A DNA stretch of 64,000 bases from positions 47,122,001 through 47,186,000 of the forward strand of contig CM059432.1 in the NCBI GenBank assembly GCA_030390025.1, written 5' to 3'. The notes beneath the pieces were generated by a model. It searched no databases, was not told the DNA's origin, and worked only from the letters and a program-made list of their open reading frames with translations. This document shows, piece after piece, positions 26,341 through 40,035 of the stretch; position 1 is the stretch's first letter, and each line of letters opens with the position of its first letter. The stretch comes from Squalus acanthias (taxonomy: Eukaryota). The translations under genes and the position numbers were made by a program.

Positions 26341-27009
26341 GTCCCACATACACTTTTACTTGTCTCATATGACTGCACTGCCATCCTTACTATTCTAACA
26401 TGCTTAATGTCAATTAAATTGTTATACATAAGGCTTAACCTCCGATTTATTCATATGGTAAAGCATGGCTCATGGTGGCGAAAATAGACTCTTGTTTCAT
26501 GACACATGTAGTAAGGTATCCATCTTTGAGACCATTACTATCTGTCCCAGCAATCATGGCATCTCCTCAAACGTTTATCTTCCCATATTGCTTATGTGCG
26601 TCTTTGGTAACTTTCTATTTAACATTTACATGTCATCTCTCCACATCATCTGCATCTGGTTCCATATGATGTATGTCCTACCTCTGTCATCACCATTGAC
26701 CCCAAGATTGTTGCAGCATTATCCAATTGGCAGATTGTAGAGGAGTTGAAATTCCCTCTGTTCAATGCCAGCAAAACCAAAGTTAAGCTTTTCAGTTCCT
26801 GCCAGCAACTGTGTGTCCAACACATCAACTTCCCTAGTTACTTAATTAGGCTAAATTCAGTGGTGCACAACTTCTGCGATCTTTTTGACCCCGAGCTTCA
26901 CTTTCATATTCTTCCTCCTTTGATATATTTCTCACTAACACCTCAATATCTCCCTCACTGCTGCTGAAATTATAATGTACATCTTCATCATTATATGTTT
27001 TTAGTCCAA

Positions 27010-27570
27010 CAAAGAAAGAGGCTGTGCTAGATCTAGTTCTAGGGAATGAAGTGCAGCAAATAAGTCATGTAAGGATAGAGGAACATTCAGGAAACAGCAA
27101 CTATAACATAGTTAGGATCAATTTAAAAACAGAAAAGGAGAAGGGACAGATAAAGGTACTTAACTGAAAAAAGCCAGTTTCAATGTGATAAAAGGGAACT
27201 AGCCCAGATAAACTGAAAAGATAAATTGGCAAATAAGACAGTGTACAAACAATGGGAAATGTTCATATAAGATATCGTTAGGCTACAAACCAGAGAGTAC
27301 TTAGATGAGTAGAGAAGTAAAAATGGGACTTAAAAAGAGGTGCATAACAAACCTGGAGCTAACAGTACATTGTATAGAAAATTTAGAATGCAAACAAAGA
27401 AGGAGACCAGAAAGGCAAAAGGGTATACAAAGAAAGACTGCTAGGTAATATTAAGAGAAATAGTAAAGGATTTTATAAACACGTAAAAAGTAAAAGAATA
27501 GTTTAAAAATTGTAGGACCGATTAGAGAACAATAAGGTGTACTTCTTATGGAGAATGAATGGTGGAGATA
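27010..27570 (+). mobile_element. Old CR1 ORF2 fragment
   Basis: ctagatctagttctagggaatgaa (LDLVLGNE) and downstream similarity to 60600-61200(-). Confidence 0.65.
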
Positions 27571-27964
27571 CTGGGGGCTGGATTTTGTTCCACTATAGAG
27601 CTAATGGGTGGTATAGTGTTGGAAGTGCAGGGAAGATGGCCAGGGAGGCCTACCACCAGATTCTTCTCCCTGAAAGTGATGATAGGAAATTTCTTGTTCC
27701 ATCACCAGCAGAGATTTTAGCCATCCATCTCTTGACCATCCTGTCACATTTAATGATGGTGGGGAGCAGTGGGGTTAGAGCACACAGCTGATTTCACTGC
27801 CTTCTCACTGCAGTACCACCGACCCCAGTAAGACCTGTTGAGGGATTGGGGTGCTGGGGCAGCAGTGGGAAAAGTGCTGATGGAGGGAGAGGGCCTGGTA
27901 TTGGTCACTTTCCTTTCTTTTCTGTCCTCAAAATAAATGGTGTCTCACTCAGAGCCTTTCTAAA

Positions 27965-28865
27965 AAAATTTTTTATTCATTCATGGAATGTAGGCATCGC
28001 AGGCAAGGCCAACATTTATTGCCCATCCCTAATTGTCCTTTAGACGGTGGTGGTGAGCCACCTCCTTGAACCGCTGCAGTCCGTGTGGTGAAGGTACTCC
28101 CACAGTGCTCTTAGGATTTTGACCCAGCAACGATGAATGAACGGCAAAATATTTCTGAGTCAGGATGGTGTGTGACTTGGAGGGGATCTTAGAGGTGGTG
28201 GTGATGCCCTTGTCCTTATAGGTAGTAGATGTCACAGGTTTGAAAGGTGCTGTTGAAGAAGCCTTGGCGAATTGCTGCAGTGTATCTTGTAGATGGTACA
28301 CACTGCAGCCACAGTGCGCTGGTAGTGGAGGGAGTGAATGTTTAAGGTGGTGGATGGGGTGCCAATGAAGCGGGCTGCTTTTTCCTGGATAGTGTCGAGC
28401 TTCTTGAGTGTTGTTATTATTGGTGCCGCATGATAGCACTGTCAACGACCCCTTCCATCACTTTACTGATGATTGAGAGTAGGCTGATGGCCGATAATTG
28501 GCTGGATTGGATTTGTCCTGCTTTTTGTGGACAGGACATAGCTGGGCAATTTTCCACTTTGTCAGGTAGATGCCAGTGTTGTAACTGTACTGGGATAGCT
28601 TGACTAGAGGCACGGCTAGTTATGGAACAGAAGTCTTCAGCACTGCAGCCAGGATGTTGTTGGGGCCCATAGACTTTGCTGTATCCAGTGCGCTCAGTTG
28701 TTTCTTGATATCACGTGGAGTGAATCGAATTGGCTGAAGACTGACTTCTATGATGGTGGGAACCTCAGGAGTAGGCCGAGATAGATCATCCACTCAACAC
28801 TTCTGGCTGAAGATAGTTGCAAATGCTTCAGCCTTGTATTTTGCACTCACATGCTGGGCTCCATC
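27965..28865 (-). mobile_element. CR1/L2-group LINE fragment (same family as 51547-52955)
   Basis: ...GVPSPHGLQRFKEVAHHH terminus and RT-proximal sequence. Confidence 0.82.
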
Positions 28866-29419
28866 AAGCCACATTGTGACGCGTGTCACTTGCTACTGTC
28901 CAGTTTCTCAGCGCTATCTTAACTATTGTCCCTTAACTCTTTCTTATACATCCTTCTCAACAACCACATCCCTCCAAAGAAAACATCTCGGAGGAGGACA
29001 ATCCTTCTAAGGAGACACCATCATGCATTCCATTACTCCCAAGCTCCAGCACAGAGATTGGCACCCGGTTAAGTTAGAGAGTGAGTTAGAGTGGTCTGCA
29101 TATGGTCAAACACCCAGCACTAGGGAGCAGCAGCAAGTACTGGTGGCAGGGACAGCCCAGGAGAGGCAGATGTTTACTTTGGTCTAATGTATGAAGCAAA
29201 CGGATAGGGGCTTTCAAGGTGTCACTCGCATTCTGCAGTCTGCTCTCCCAGATTCAGTTGAGGTTCTGAGTTCTAGCTCCATGGGAATGGCGTTGACACA
29301 ATAGGAGCAGCACATGTTGCTTTCTCTCAGAATGTCAGCATGTCTAATTCCTCAACCAATACCAAGCACGCTGCCAGAAAGCCAGCTGGACCAGACTGGC
29401 CTGGCAGCAGCTGAAGCAC

Positions 29420-30140
29420 AGCAGCTGTGCCCTCAGAAGCCTCTGCTCCCACAAGTCATCTGCCACCCTAGATGGGCGAAGGAATGAGTGTCACAGAAAG
29501 AAAGCGTCGTGGCAGCTGTCAAAAAACTGCCGCAGAGTTGCATAATTTTTCTGCAGTGATCACATACCATTTGATAATTGATGAAGTTGAAGCCTTCCTG
29601 TTCGCATAAGCTGCTGGCTCATCTTCTGAAGTCCAAATAGCTACATAAGTGTAGTAATTATGTCTTGGACACTGCTGCAGATCCCACAGATACTCAGTCT
29701 GGCTGTTTGCATCCAACACAAGGGCACTGTACTGGTTTTTCTCTGGAAAGGAGAGCATTGGTGGCCTGATTATTGCAGCTGGGAGATGCAGGATGTCTCC
29801 TGTAGCACCCTGGAAGCAAAAAAGCTTCGGGCGGTGGTGACTTTGAAAGCCATTGGCAAAGCGTAGGCCCTTGGTCCAGCAGGCAGTAGGTCCTGCTGGA
29901 ACAAACTACATAGGTCAGTCACAGCCTGCCTGGTGAAGAGCAGCCTCCTCCTTAGAAATATCCAAGAATGTAACTTTCGGCCTATTGACTCTGAGGGCTG
30001 GGTAAGGGCTTCAACGAGCAGCTCCCCCCTCTCACCTGTCCAGCTGCTGCTTGTCCTGGTTCTTTAGGCTGCTGCTGTTCCTCTTCCTCCAACTGTTTGC
30101 CCATCCAAAGGAGTGAAGCAAAAACAGCCCCCATGATGAG
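29420..30140 (-). mobile_element. Highly degenerate Harbinger transposase relic
   Basis: Reverse strand resembles the LLPAGPRAYALPMAFKVTTA..FFAS segment of the other copies. Confidence 0.6.
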
Positions 30141-30589
30141 CAGTGAGAGCTTAATGAGGGTAGGTAAGAGGAAAAAATCAGAAAGAAGCAAACTGGAAGC
30201 TCAGATCTGTCTTGGAAATGCACTACTCACTAAGGCACACATATCCTAATGACCCAAGTGCTTATAGGTGAGTGCAACTTTAAATGCGGTTTGCATATCA
30301 GGTCAGTCAGTTTATGAAGCTTATGCCGTTAAGTTTTACTCAGAAGGTTTGCAGCTGTTTGGGACAACCTGCCCAGTTCAAATCGCGTTTTGGTCCAAAT
30401 GACATAATTGGACCCCTATTTGAATGCAGTCATAAGGAACCAGCCTCTTTCCGGTGGGTGCATTTATGACTGAGTCAACGCCACAGTAAAAATGGCAGTC
30501 TTGGGGTTTCTGGCGGGAATGATCGATTTTCGCAATTTTAACCGCTCATTTGTCCTGTACCCACCAGTGGGTTCAAATTTGGGCAGTTG

Positions 30590-32770
30590 CCTCAGTTTTC
30601 ACCAAAAGAGTATGCTAGTGGGAATGAAAGGGTACAAGAGGAAGAGGGGAAGCAATTAAAGATATCTCTTACTTGCTTAATAGCACTTAATAGGATAACT
30701 ATGGATGAGGAAGTAGTACTCAAAGTGGGAAAGGCACCAGACCCTGATGGCACGCATCCTGAAATGTTGAGGGAATTCAGAGAGGAAATAGCAGTGGCTC
30801 TGACAATCTGGCAAACATCCTTGGATATGGAAGTTGTGCTGGATGATTGGAGGATTGCCAATGTAATATCTTTGTTGAAAAGGGAGAAAGGGATAAACCA
30901 GGTAATTTAACAGCCTAATACCAGTAGTGAGTAAGTTTCAGAGGCAATAATACAGTATAAAATTAGTACTCACCCAGAAAGGCACGGATTAATTAATGGA
31001 AGCCACCTAGGATTTGTAATAGGCAAATTATGTTTTACAAGTTGAATTGAGGAAATAACAGAGTGTCATAGAGTTATACGGCACAGAAGGAGGCCATTCG
31101 GCCCATCGTGTCCGTGCCGGCTCTCTGTAGAGCAATCCAGTCAGTCCCATTCCCCACTCTATCCCCGTAGCCCTGCAAGTTTATTTCCCTCAAGTGCCTA
31201 TCCAGTCTCCCCTTGAAAACATTGAGTGTCTCCGCTTCCACCACTTCCGTCGGCAGCGAATTCCAGGTCCTCACCACCCGCTTCGTAAAAAGGTTTTTCC
31301 TCACATCCCCCCTGTATCTCTTGCCTAAAACCTTAAATCTGTGTCCCCCAGCCCTTGTACCATCAATTAGTGGGAACAGCCATTCCCTGTCTAGCCTATT
31401 CAAACCTGTCATAATCTTGTACACCTCTATCAAATCACCGCTCAATCTCCTTTGCTCTAACGAAAACAAATCCAGCTTCTCCAACCTGTCCTAGTAGCTA
31501 AGATCCCCCATCCCCAGAACCATTCTAGTATATCTCCTCTGCACCCTCTTAAGGGCCTTCACATCCTTCCTAAAGTGTGATGACCAGAACTGGACGCAAT
31601 TCTCCAGTTGTGGCCTAACCAGCGCTTTATAAAGGTTCAGCATAACTTCTCTACTTTTGTACTCAATACCTCTATTTATGAAGCCCAAGATCCCATACTC
31701 TTTGCTAACCACTCTCTCAATATGTCCTGCCACCTTCAGGGACCTATGCACATTAACTCCCAGGTCCCTCTGTCCCTGCACACTCTCCAAAACTGTGCCA
31801 TTAAGTGTACATTGCCTCTCCCTGTTCCTTCTGCCAAAATGCATCACCTCACACTTCTCTGTATTAAATTCCATCTGCCACTTGTCTGCCCATTCTGCTA
31901 GTTTTCTATGTCCTGTTGCAGTCGATTGGTATCATCCTCACTGTTTGCCACCCCCCCCCAAGTTTGGTGTCATCAGCAAATTTAGAAATTCTACTCTGTA
32001 TTCCAATATCCAGATCATTTAAAGATATCAAAAAAGCAGTGGTCCCAGCACTGACCCTTGAGGAACACCACTGTCTACCATCCTCCATATTGATAAATGA
32101 AATGCAGTGTTGGGACCATTACACCTCTCAATATATAAAGTGATAGGGACTTGAGAATAAGGGACACAATTTCAAACATAAAAAATAGGGAACATGGTTA
32201 ACTGTGAAGAGGACTGTAAGTAACTTCAGGACGACAAAAACAAATTTGGACAGAGATATAACTGAAGAAATTTAATGCAGAGAAATGAGAGGTGATACAT
32301 TCTAGGTGGAAGAATTAAAGAGAGGACATATGCATTAAATACCAAAACTTTAAAAGTACAGATGCAGGCATATTTAGTGGTTCACATACACAAATCTTTA
32401 AAGTGGGAGGACAAGTTGATAAAGCTGTAAAATAAGCATGAGATCTTTATGTTTTATGGATAAGGGTATAGAGTACAAAAGCAAAGTGGTAATACTAAAC
32501 CTATATAAATCATTGGTTAGGCTGTCGTTTGAGAAGTACATACAGTTTTGGTTGCATTACTTTAGGAAAGATGTCAATGCTAAGCAGAGAGTGCAAAGGA
32601 GATTTACTAAAATTGTATCAGGGATGAGAGGCTTTAGTTATGAGAGAAGACTAGAAAACTGGGGCTATTTTCATTAGAACAAAGACGGTTAAGAAGTGAT
32701 CTGATAGAGGTGTTCAAAATTACAAGCGGTTTTGATAAGGTAAGTAGGGAAAAAGTATTTCCACTATCTA
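30590..32770 (+). mobile_element. Old CR1 LINE interrupted by a younger antisense CR1
   Basis: KAPDPDGTHPEMLRE...DWRIANV, resuming after 32085 with GIEYKSKVVILNLYKSLVR. Confidence 0.8.
31067..32085 (-). mobile_element. CR1 LINE 3' portion
   Basis: [35 protein letters not shown] and actctatg tail. Confidence 0.92.
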
Positions 32771-33269
32771 CCCAAGAATGCTAAAGGCAATGGTAAAACC
32801 TGTTTTACCATTTCCCCAGCTGGGATCAGTTAACTCAGCACAGATCAGCAGTGGAAGCTGGACTCTTGTTCACTGAGCAATGCAATTTTACCAACTGAGC
32901 TGTCAGGGAAGCTGGCTATCTTTTTTAAGGAATAAATTACATATAAATCTAACCCATAATCCAACATTCTATTAAAAAAATGCTCTAATCGGTTGTTTTG
33001 GTTGAAGCATATTAATTTATGTTTTTATCTTCAATGTCTATGATTTTTTTTCTAAATTAAGTAATCTAGGATTAGCTTTGCCTTTCATGATTTTAAAGAC
33101 ATGAATCAAGCCTCTCAGCTACCTCTTCTATGATGAAAACAAGGCGGTTCTGTGAGTCGCTCTTCATAAATTAAAAGCCTAAATCACAAAATCACCTTGT
33201 AAGTCTCCTGAGCCCGCTCCAATTCATCAATGTTCTTTGGGAGTTAGAATACCCGAAACTACACTCAAT

Positions 33270-33928
33270 GGCCCTGATATTTACTCGGAGCCGGGAAGAG
33301 AGCAGAGGGAGGAAGGATTTTCAGATGGGAAACCCGGAAGTAAGGAATTTAACGGCAGGACGTCTTTTTAATTTTTTCAACAGGCTTCCCGCCCGACAAC
33401 CAGCCAGATTGACAGGCTGGCTGACTGTCGGACTGGAAAGCAGCCAGGGAGCGGATGTCAGGTAAGTCTGAAATCGCGGTCGGTGGGGGGCGGTTGGACA
33501 TTGTGTGGGGATGGATTCGGACATCAGGGGAGTCGGACAACCGCCGGGGGGCGGGGTGGTGGGGGTTGTGCGATGGTGGAGTTCCAATCGCATGCAGGTA
33601 AGCTTTGTGGGCCTGGGGGGAGCACTGCTGCTCCTCCTGGCCCACAAGCAATGGGCATTTACCTCATGGATCCAGCCGTTCTTCCTTCATTTACCTGCCG
33701 GGATACCCAAGGCCCAGGAATTCCTGTCTTCATGCGTTAAAATTAAAAATGGAGTTAAAATGGAGGCACGCAGCCTCCTTAAAAGATTTAAGTGACCGAC
33801 CCGCCTCCTGAGAGTGGGTTGGTCGCCCGCCTCCATTAAACCAGAAGTAGACGGGTTGAAGTCGAGTTTGAGAAATTTAAAATGTTTACTTTCCCATCCG
33901 CCCATCGTTGGGATTTAAAATTCCCCCC
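33270..33928. mobile_element. Harbinger-type MITE
   Basis: Ends ggccctgatattt / aaaattcccccc, AAT TSD; inverted relative of 40036-40750. Confidence 0.78.
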
Positions 33929-35417
33929 AATTTTCTAAATATGTCCTGGCCAATAAATTATACGGTGAAAATTACCTGTTTTTGATATAATTAAAGGTCA
34001 TTAAGATCTATCCCAATGTCAGTTAGCCTTATGACTAATAGCCTCCCACTGATTAAATGCTTAATAGAAAAGTCAATAATTACACCTTTGCTAATGCACT
34101 TGGAACACATTTGCAATGCTAATACTTTTGTTAAATTTATTATTATGTGAACTTTTATATGCTTTGCTAAATTATTATATAAGCTTAATAGCAGTATATG
34201 ATGTCCCTGGTATGCCTTGTATTAGAGATCCAAACCTAACCTCATATAAGTGATTCACATGCACTAGGTTAGAGTTTTCTAATTGTGTTTGTTATCTTCA
34301 TTCATTGCCTCTAGACTGTCTCATTAATCTGCTTGGCAGCAATGAATGGCAGACACTTTAGAGTCAGTCGGCTCAGATAACTGCTTTTATTCTCTTTTGA
34401 AATAACATGCAGTATTAAATTATGTATTTCAGAAGGTTTAGTTTTGAAAATATTTCTATTGGACTGTCTCACCCATAAAATTTTTGCTTACATAATAGTT
34501 AGTCTACATTAGTGCTATAGATAATAATTCTTTTTAAATGTTATTACTGTTGACCCTCTCTGTAATGCTACCATTGAGACCCATGTAAAATCATATGGCG
34601 TGTGTTATATAGCTAATCATTATTAAATATATTACAAGGAGTATGTGAGTGTTTTATATGGTTACTTCATCAGTAAATATATTATAAGGTGTGTGGTATA
34701 AAGAGTATTTTATATACTTACTTTGTTAGTCAATGTATTATTATGATGTATTAGGCAGAATAGTGAGGAGCTAATGTATTTAATATGGATGTTAAATACA
34801 CCTTGTTCCATCACAAATTAATTTTCATAGAACATATTGATCCTTCCATCACTCAGGAAGTTTCCATAGTAACAAACTGACCCTCTCTCCCAAGTCATTC
34901 GTCTGAGATGTTGAAGGCTATCATAAGCAAACCAGAAGCTCAGAGCTTTTACTATTGATGGTTTCTTCCAGATATACAAAGTTGGGGTCGTCTCAGGTGA
35001 ATTGTTTTATTTTCCACAAGAATTATTTAATCCGTGCACTCATTTTTTGTTCCTATGTACTCATCTGGTCCTGATTCTAAACTTAAGAATCAGGATTCTG
35101 CAAATTTGAAAATTGCTTTAATTTTGCAGTCATATTGTACATCTTTTGAGGACTATAATAGATCTGTAGTCCTCTGCTGTGTATATTTTAGTGAGTTCTA
35201 AAAGGAATCGCTACTTACAGTGTAGGTGGATCAGCTGTCATACCTCACATATGTGTATGAATGAAATTTATTAATGTCAAAGTAACAGAAACTAAACCTC
35301 AAGTTCAAATTTAGATGTTTTCTAATTACAGTAACATAATTAAGCACCCAAGTCCTCCATTACTGATTATTTGCTCACATATTGTGCATTTGTGTAGGTG
35401 TATGGTGAGTATTATAA

Positions 35418-35965
35418 TGGCCTGAAATTTGCGGTCAGTGGCAAAGTGACAGCACTCGCCGCTGACCTGGAAGAAAGCTGCCCACAAAGATCTCGCGATC
35501 TCTGTGGTGTGAATTGCAGCTCACCCGTCCTTAGTTTGAATCTGGCTCCAAATCAAGCAACTCTCCAGCGTCCAGTAACAGTGATGTCATCAAGCAGGCT
35601 AAGCAGCCAATCACATTGAAGAATTCTCACAGACATTAGACCAGGAAGTAAAATGCACAGATGATATTTTAGTTTTTATAAATTTTACAATGAGTGAAAT
35701 AAAGATTGGGACATACAGATAGGATTAAGGTAGAAGCTGAAATATCATAAACAAACTTTAAAAAAAAATTATATTAAAAGCCATGTAATTCTTGTCATAT
35801 TAATGGAAAAATGTGACATTCCACAAATATAAAATTTTCAGGGCCAGAAAGGTTGTTCAGCAGTCAATGCGCCATTAGAAAACCTAGTTACACCTCTTTC
35901 AACAAGTCTTAACCTTTTCAGGGGTTAAACAGCGACATTCCACCGTAATAGGGGAAGTTTTCATC
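35418..35965. mobile_element. Truncated Harbinger-type MITE
   Basis: Left end ggcctgaaatttgcg with GC-rich subterminal region and AT core; right end not found. Confidence 0.5.
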
Positions 35966-35984
35966 AGGAACTGTGATTTGAATT

Positions 35985-36420
35985 TTTTTTTATGCGTTCC
36001 CTGGATGTGGGCATCGCTGACAAGGCCAGCATTTATTGCCCATCCTTAATTGCCCTTGAGAAGGTGGTGGTGAGCCACCTTCTTGAACCGCTGCAGTCCG
36101 TGTGTTGAAGGTACTCCCACAGTGCTGTTAGGGAGGGAGTTCCAGGATTTTGACCCAGCGACTATGAAAGAAAGGCTATATATTTTCAAGTGAGAATGGT
36201 GTGTGACTTGGAAGGGAACTTGCAGGTGGTGGTGTTCCCATGCGCCTGCTGCCCTTGTCCTTCTAGGTGGTAGAGGTCGCGGGTTTGGGAGGCACTGCCG
36301 AAGAAACCTTGGCGAGTTGCTGCAGTTCTTCTTGTAGATAGTACACACTGCAGCCACGGTGTGCTGGTGGTGGAGGAAGTGAATGCTTAAGATGGTAGAT
36401 GGAGTGCCAATCAATTGATT
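35985..36420 (-). mobile_element. CR1/L2-group LINE 3' fragment
   Basis: HTVAAVCTIYK...SKSWNSLPNSTVG...HHHLLKGN. Confidence 0.88.
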
Positions 36421-36485
36421 GCTGGCTCTGGGGAGTTCCACAATGCAAGGAGCAGGGAATGACTAACAGCAACTTCTGGATATCT

Positions 36486-37309
36486 GGGCTGGATTTTGTC
36501 AATGCGGGAGCGTTGGGGGCGGAACTGCTGTTTGTCGGGTTTCAGTCCCGCCCCCAACGACGTCTGGCCAACCCAGGCTATTTTCCCTTGATTGACCTTT
36601 ACCAGCCAATTAAGGGAAAGCCGGTAACAGAGGACGTCAGCGTATGACGTTTCATCTATCGAAAAAATTTTGACAGATGAATTGTCAGCGTTTGACAGCT
36701 TTGAGAAGCTGTCAAACACTGACAATCTCTGTTCTAAGGTGAACCCTTGCACTGAAGGCTCACCAAAACCTCTCTCCTCAGCAGAAAGAAGATGGCTGCT
36801 GTATCTGAGAATGCAGCAGCCATTCTGTCATCTCTGCCGTTGAGATGAGGCATCTCTGGATTCCCAAGGGTTGAAGCCTGCAGGAAGAAGCAAAGGTAAG
36901 GAAACTTTTTCCAACACTTTACACTCACCTCTCATACTTACCTCTCCACACTTGCACCCATCACTCACCTCCACAGCAGATTTTTCGATCCCTCTCACCC
37001 CCGCAGACCCACTGCTCGCCTCGCTGACCCTGGCGAGGTTCGCAGCCGTCAGGAAGCCTGCACTTGCAGGGGTAAAATGGGGATAAGCCTCAAAACTGCC
37101 TGTTAACTATCTGTTAACAGGCAGTTAATTGGCTCTAATCCCCTTCCCGCCTCGAGGAGACAGGTCCCTGCACGAGTCGGGGACCCGCCTCCCGGGAAGA
37201 TGGCACGGAGGTGGGTTGGGAGCGGAGTCGGTACCCGCTCCCAGTTTCTGCCATTTTCCCGACCGTCCCGCCTCCATACCCGCCTCCCCAGGGCTGGCAA
37301 AATTCCCCC
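36486..37309. mobile_element. Harbinger-type MITE
   Basis: TIRs gggctggatttt / aaaattccccc; right half similar to 42990-43420. Confidence 0.75.
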
Positions 37310-38022
37310 ATTCTGTATTTATTTGTGCATGTGCTGTCTCCAAAAGTTGCTATCACTTTCAGAAGATTAATGACGGCAAACGCTGACAGTTTCGTTGTCA
37401 TTACCACTGTAAAAGCCAGGCCAATGTGTTTAAAAGGATTGCACATATGTCTCTGTTACAATACAAATAGTGTCTAAGTGGCATGTTATTAAGTAGTCAA
37501 ACAATTGACTACTCAACCAAAGAAGAAAGTCAAATAACTGACTTCAACAAATTATTAACTTCAATAGAAGGCAAATGCTAAATTTAAAAAAATACATTTG
37601 TTGCTAGTGCAGAACAACAATAGCTGAAGGGCTTTGAGACAATAATATTTTTAATAATGTAAATGATAATTCTGCCTGCACTTTGAATTAAATGTGAATG
37701 GTGAGTGAATGTAAAGTATTGCAGATTGTGTAATCCATTGTACACCAGATTGATCTAAAGGATAGTGGAATATCATATATTCACTAAATAACCTCCAAAT
37801 CCCAGAGAGACCACAATGACTCAATCACAATTAATTTTGAAATTATTTATTTAATCTTCAATGAACACATTATAGTAACAACACTGAATTTATTGGAATC
37901 TCATGCACTTTAAAGATAAAACATAATTATTTCTCCAATCGACAATTGTAAACATGGACAGTTACCCTTGCAGGTTTGAAATGCTACATTTTTTTACACA
38001 TGAATACTTGTTTTTTTTTCAG

Positions 38023-38200
38023 AAAATTGTTTTGTAATGACAAAGACAGGAAGGTTGAAGCCCAAGCCACCCGCACTAAAGGGATAGTGTTCCTAATCCC
38101 ACACAGACCAGATACTCCAAAACTTTTCCATATACTGTTGGCTGCAACAAAACAGAAAGGATTAGGTCTTCTAAGGAAATTCAAGGAAACTGAAACCAAG
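38023..38200 (+). CDS. CNGB3: CNG channel beta subunit, post-CNBD coding exon, 178 nt
   Basis: poly-T tract + cag| acceptor, AAG|gtaatg donor. In frame with previous exon; contains the PxxxxTPKLF motif of CNGB C-termini. Confidence 0.88.
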
Positions 38201-38494
38201 GTAATGGGACTTCATTTGTGGTTAATCTTTTTTGGTTATTGATGCATCAATCACGTAATGTACAGAAAGAAAAGTCAAAGCACAAGAACAATTAAGGATA
38301 TTAATAATGTACAAGGTGCGCTTACTGCTTTTTTGCAAAGAAAATACGTTGGAAAATTTCTCTTTGATCATCCAATCAAATATGAAGTGAGAGTCACGAT
38401 ATTATTATTGAAATAAATATTCCTTATGAGGCACATGCAATATTTTTTTCAATATTTAAGTTTAATTGGGTGATATTAGGTAATATTTGGGTGT

Positions 38495-38970
38495 GTCTGC
38501 CATGGCTCAGTGGGTAGCACTCTCGCCTTTGCGTCAGAAGGTAGTGGGTTCATGTCCCACTCCAAATGCCTGAGCACAAAAATCTAGGCTTACATTTCAG
38601 TGCAGTAATGAGGGAATACTGCACTGTCAGAGGTGCCATCTTTCAGATTAGACGTTAAACCAAGGCCCCATCAGCTCTCTCAGGTGGATGTAAAAGATCC
38701 CATGGCACTATTTTGAAGAAGAGCAGGGGAGTTATCCCTGGTGTCCTGGACAATATTTATCCCTCAATTAACATCACAAAAACAGATTACCTGGTCATTA
38801 TCACATTGCTGTTTGTGGGACCTTGCTGTGCGCAAATTGGCTGCCGGATTTCCTACATTTCAACAGTGACTACACGTCAAAAGTACTTCATTGGCTGTAA
38901 AACGCTTTGGGACGTCCTGAGGTTGTGAAAGGAGCTATATAAATTCAAGTCTTTATTTCTTTCTTTCTTT
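38495..38970 (+). mobile_element. Full-length Deu-domain SINE (SacSINE1-like)
   Basis: A-box tggctcagtgggtagc, B-box ggttcatgtcc, Deu core, L2-type tail and (tttc)n. Confidence 0.88.
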
Positions 38971-39354
38971 AATCTACTGTAAAATTTTGCTCTTAAGATT
39001 TAAATTGTAGATTTGATATATGGGTAGAAAACATTGCTTATAAGTAGTTTTAATCTGATGCTGAAGTACTGACAAGCCGTACCACAGAATAGGGATACAT
39101 GGAGTTCTCACGACTCAATTCCTGACTTGAGCCTCATCAAGGAGGGGACAAGTGCAGGTGGTGGTTTCTCAGCAGAGGGAGGAAAAATTGGAGGACAGAG
39201 TCATGCTTGGCCAGTCTTAGGTGCTGCGTGCTGGCAGAAGGGCAACAGACCATGCACCTGCCCACTCAGCTGCAGGTGTAAAGTCTGGCACACAAAAACA
39301 GTGATAACAATGAGAAAACTTTCCAAATACCTATGTAAGTCACCCAGTATTTAT

Positions 39355-39785
39355 TGATTGGCACCCCATCCACCACCTTAAACATTCACTCCCTCCACCA
39401 CCAGCACACTGTGGCTGCAGTGTGTACCATCTACAAGATGCACTGCAGCAACTCGCCAAGGCTTCTTCGACAGCACCTCCCAAACCCGTGACCTCCAGCA
39501 CATAGAAGGACAAGGGCAGCAGGCGCATAGGAACACCACCACCTCCAAGTTCCCCTCCAAGTCACACACCATCCTGACTTAGAAGTATATCGCCGATCCT
39601 TCATCGTCGCTGGGTCAAAATCCTGGAACTCCCTCCCTAACAGCACTGTGGGAGTACCTTCACCACACGGACTGCAGCAGTTCAAGAAGGCGGCTCACCA
39701 CCATCTTCTCAAGGACAATTAGAGATGGACAATAAATGCTGGCCTTGCCAGCGACGCCCAGATCCCATAAGCGAATTAAAAAAAA
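39355..39785 (+). mobile_element. CR1/L2-group LINE 3' fragment
   Basis: Reverse complement of the 35985-36420 family, ends in an A tract. Confidence 0.88.
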
Positions 39786-40035
39786 CTTGATGAATGGTCC
39801 TTTTAAAATACAGCAACACCTAGGCCCAGAAGTTATGACATGGGATACTAACCTATGAATGCTTAACATGTTGATCCAAAGTTCTTTCTATTATTTTAGC
39901 AGAGGCATCAATACACTTAGTTTAAAAGGGTTAATGTCGCCATTAAAATAGTGGAGAAAGGAATTTTAAATGAATACATTAAGTATTTGTATGTTAGAAT
40001 CTAATGGTGTAATTTCAAGGCCCTGCAGTTACTAT

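Noticed and set aside
38495..38570. tRNA gene
   Set aside because: A/B boxes run directly into a SINE body and tail; also seen at 7660-7727(-).
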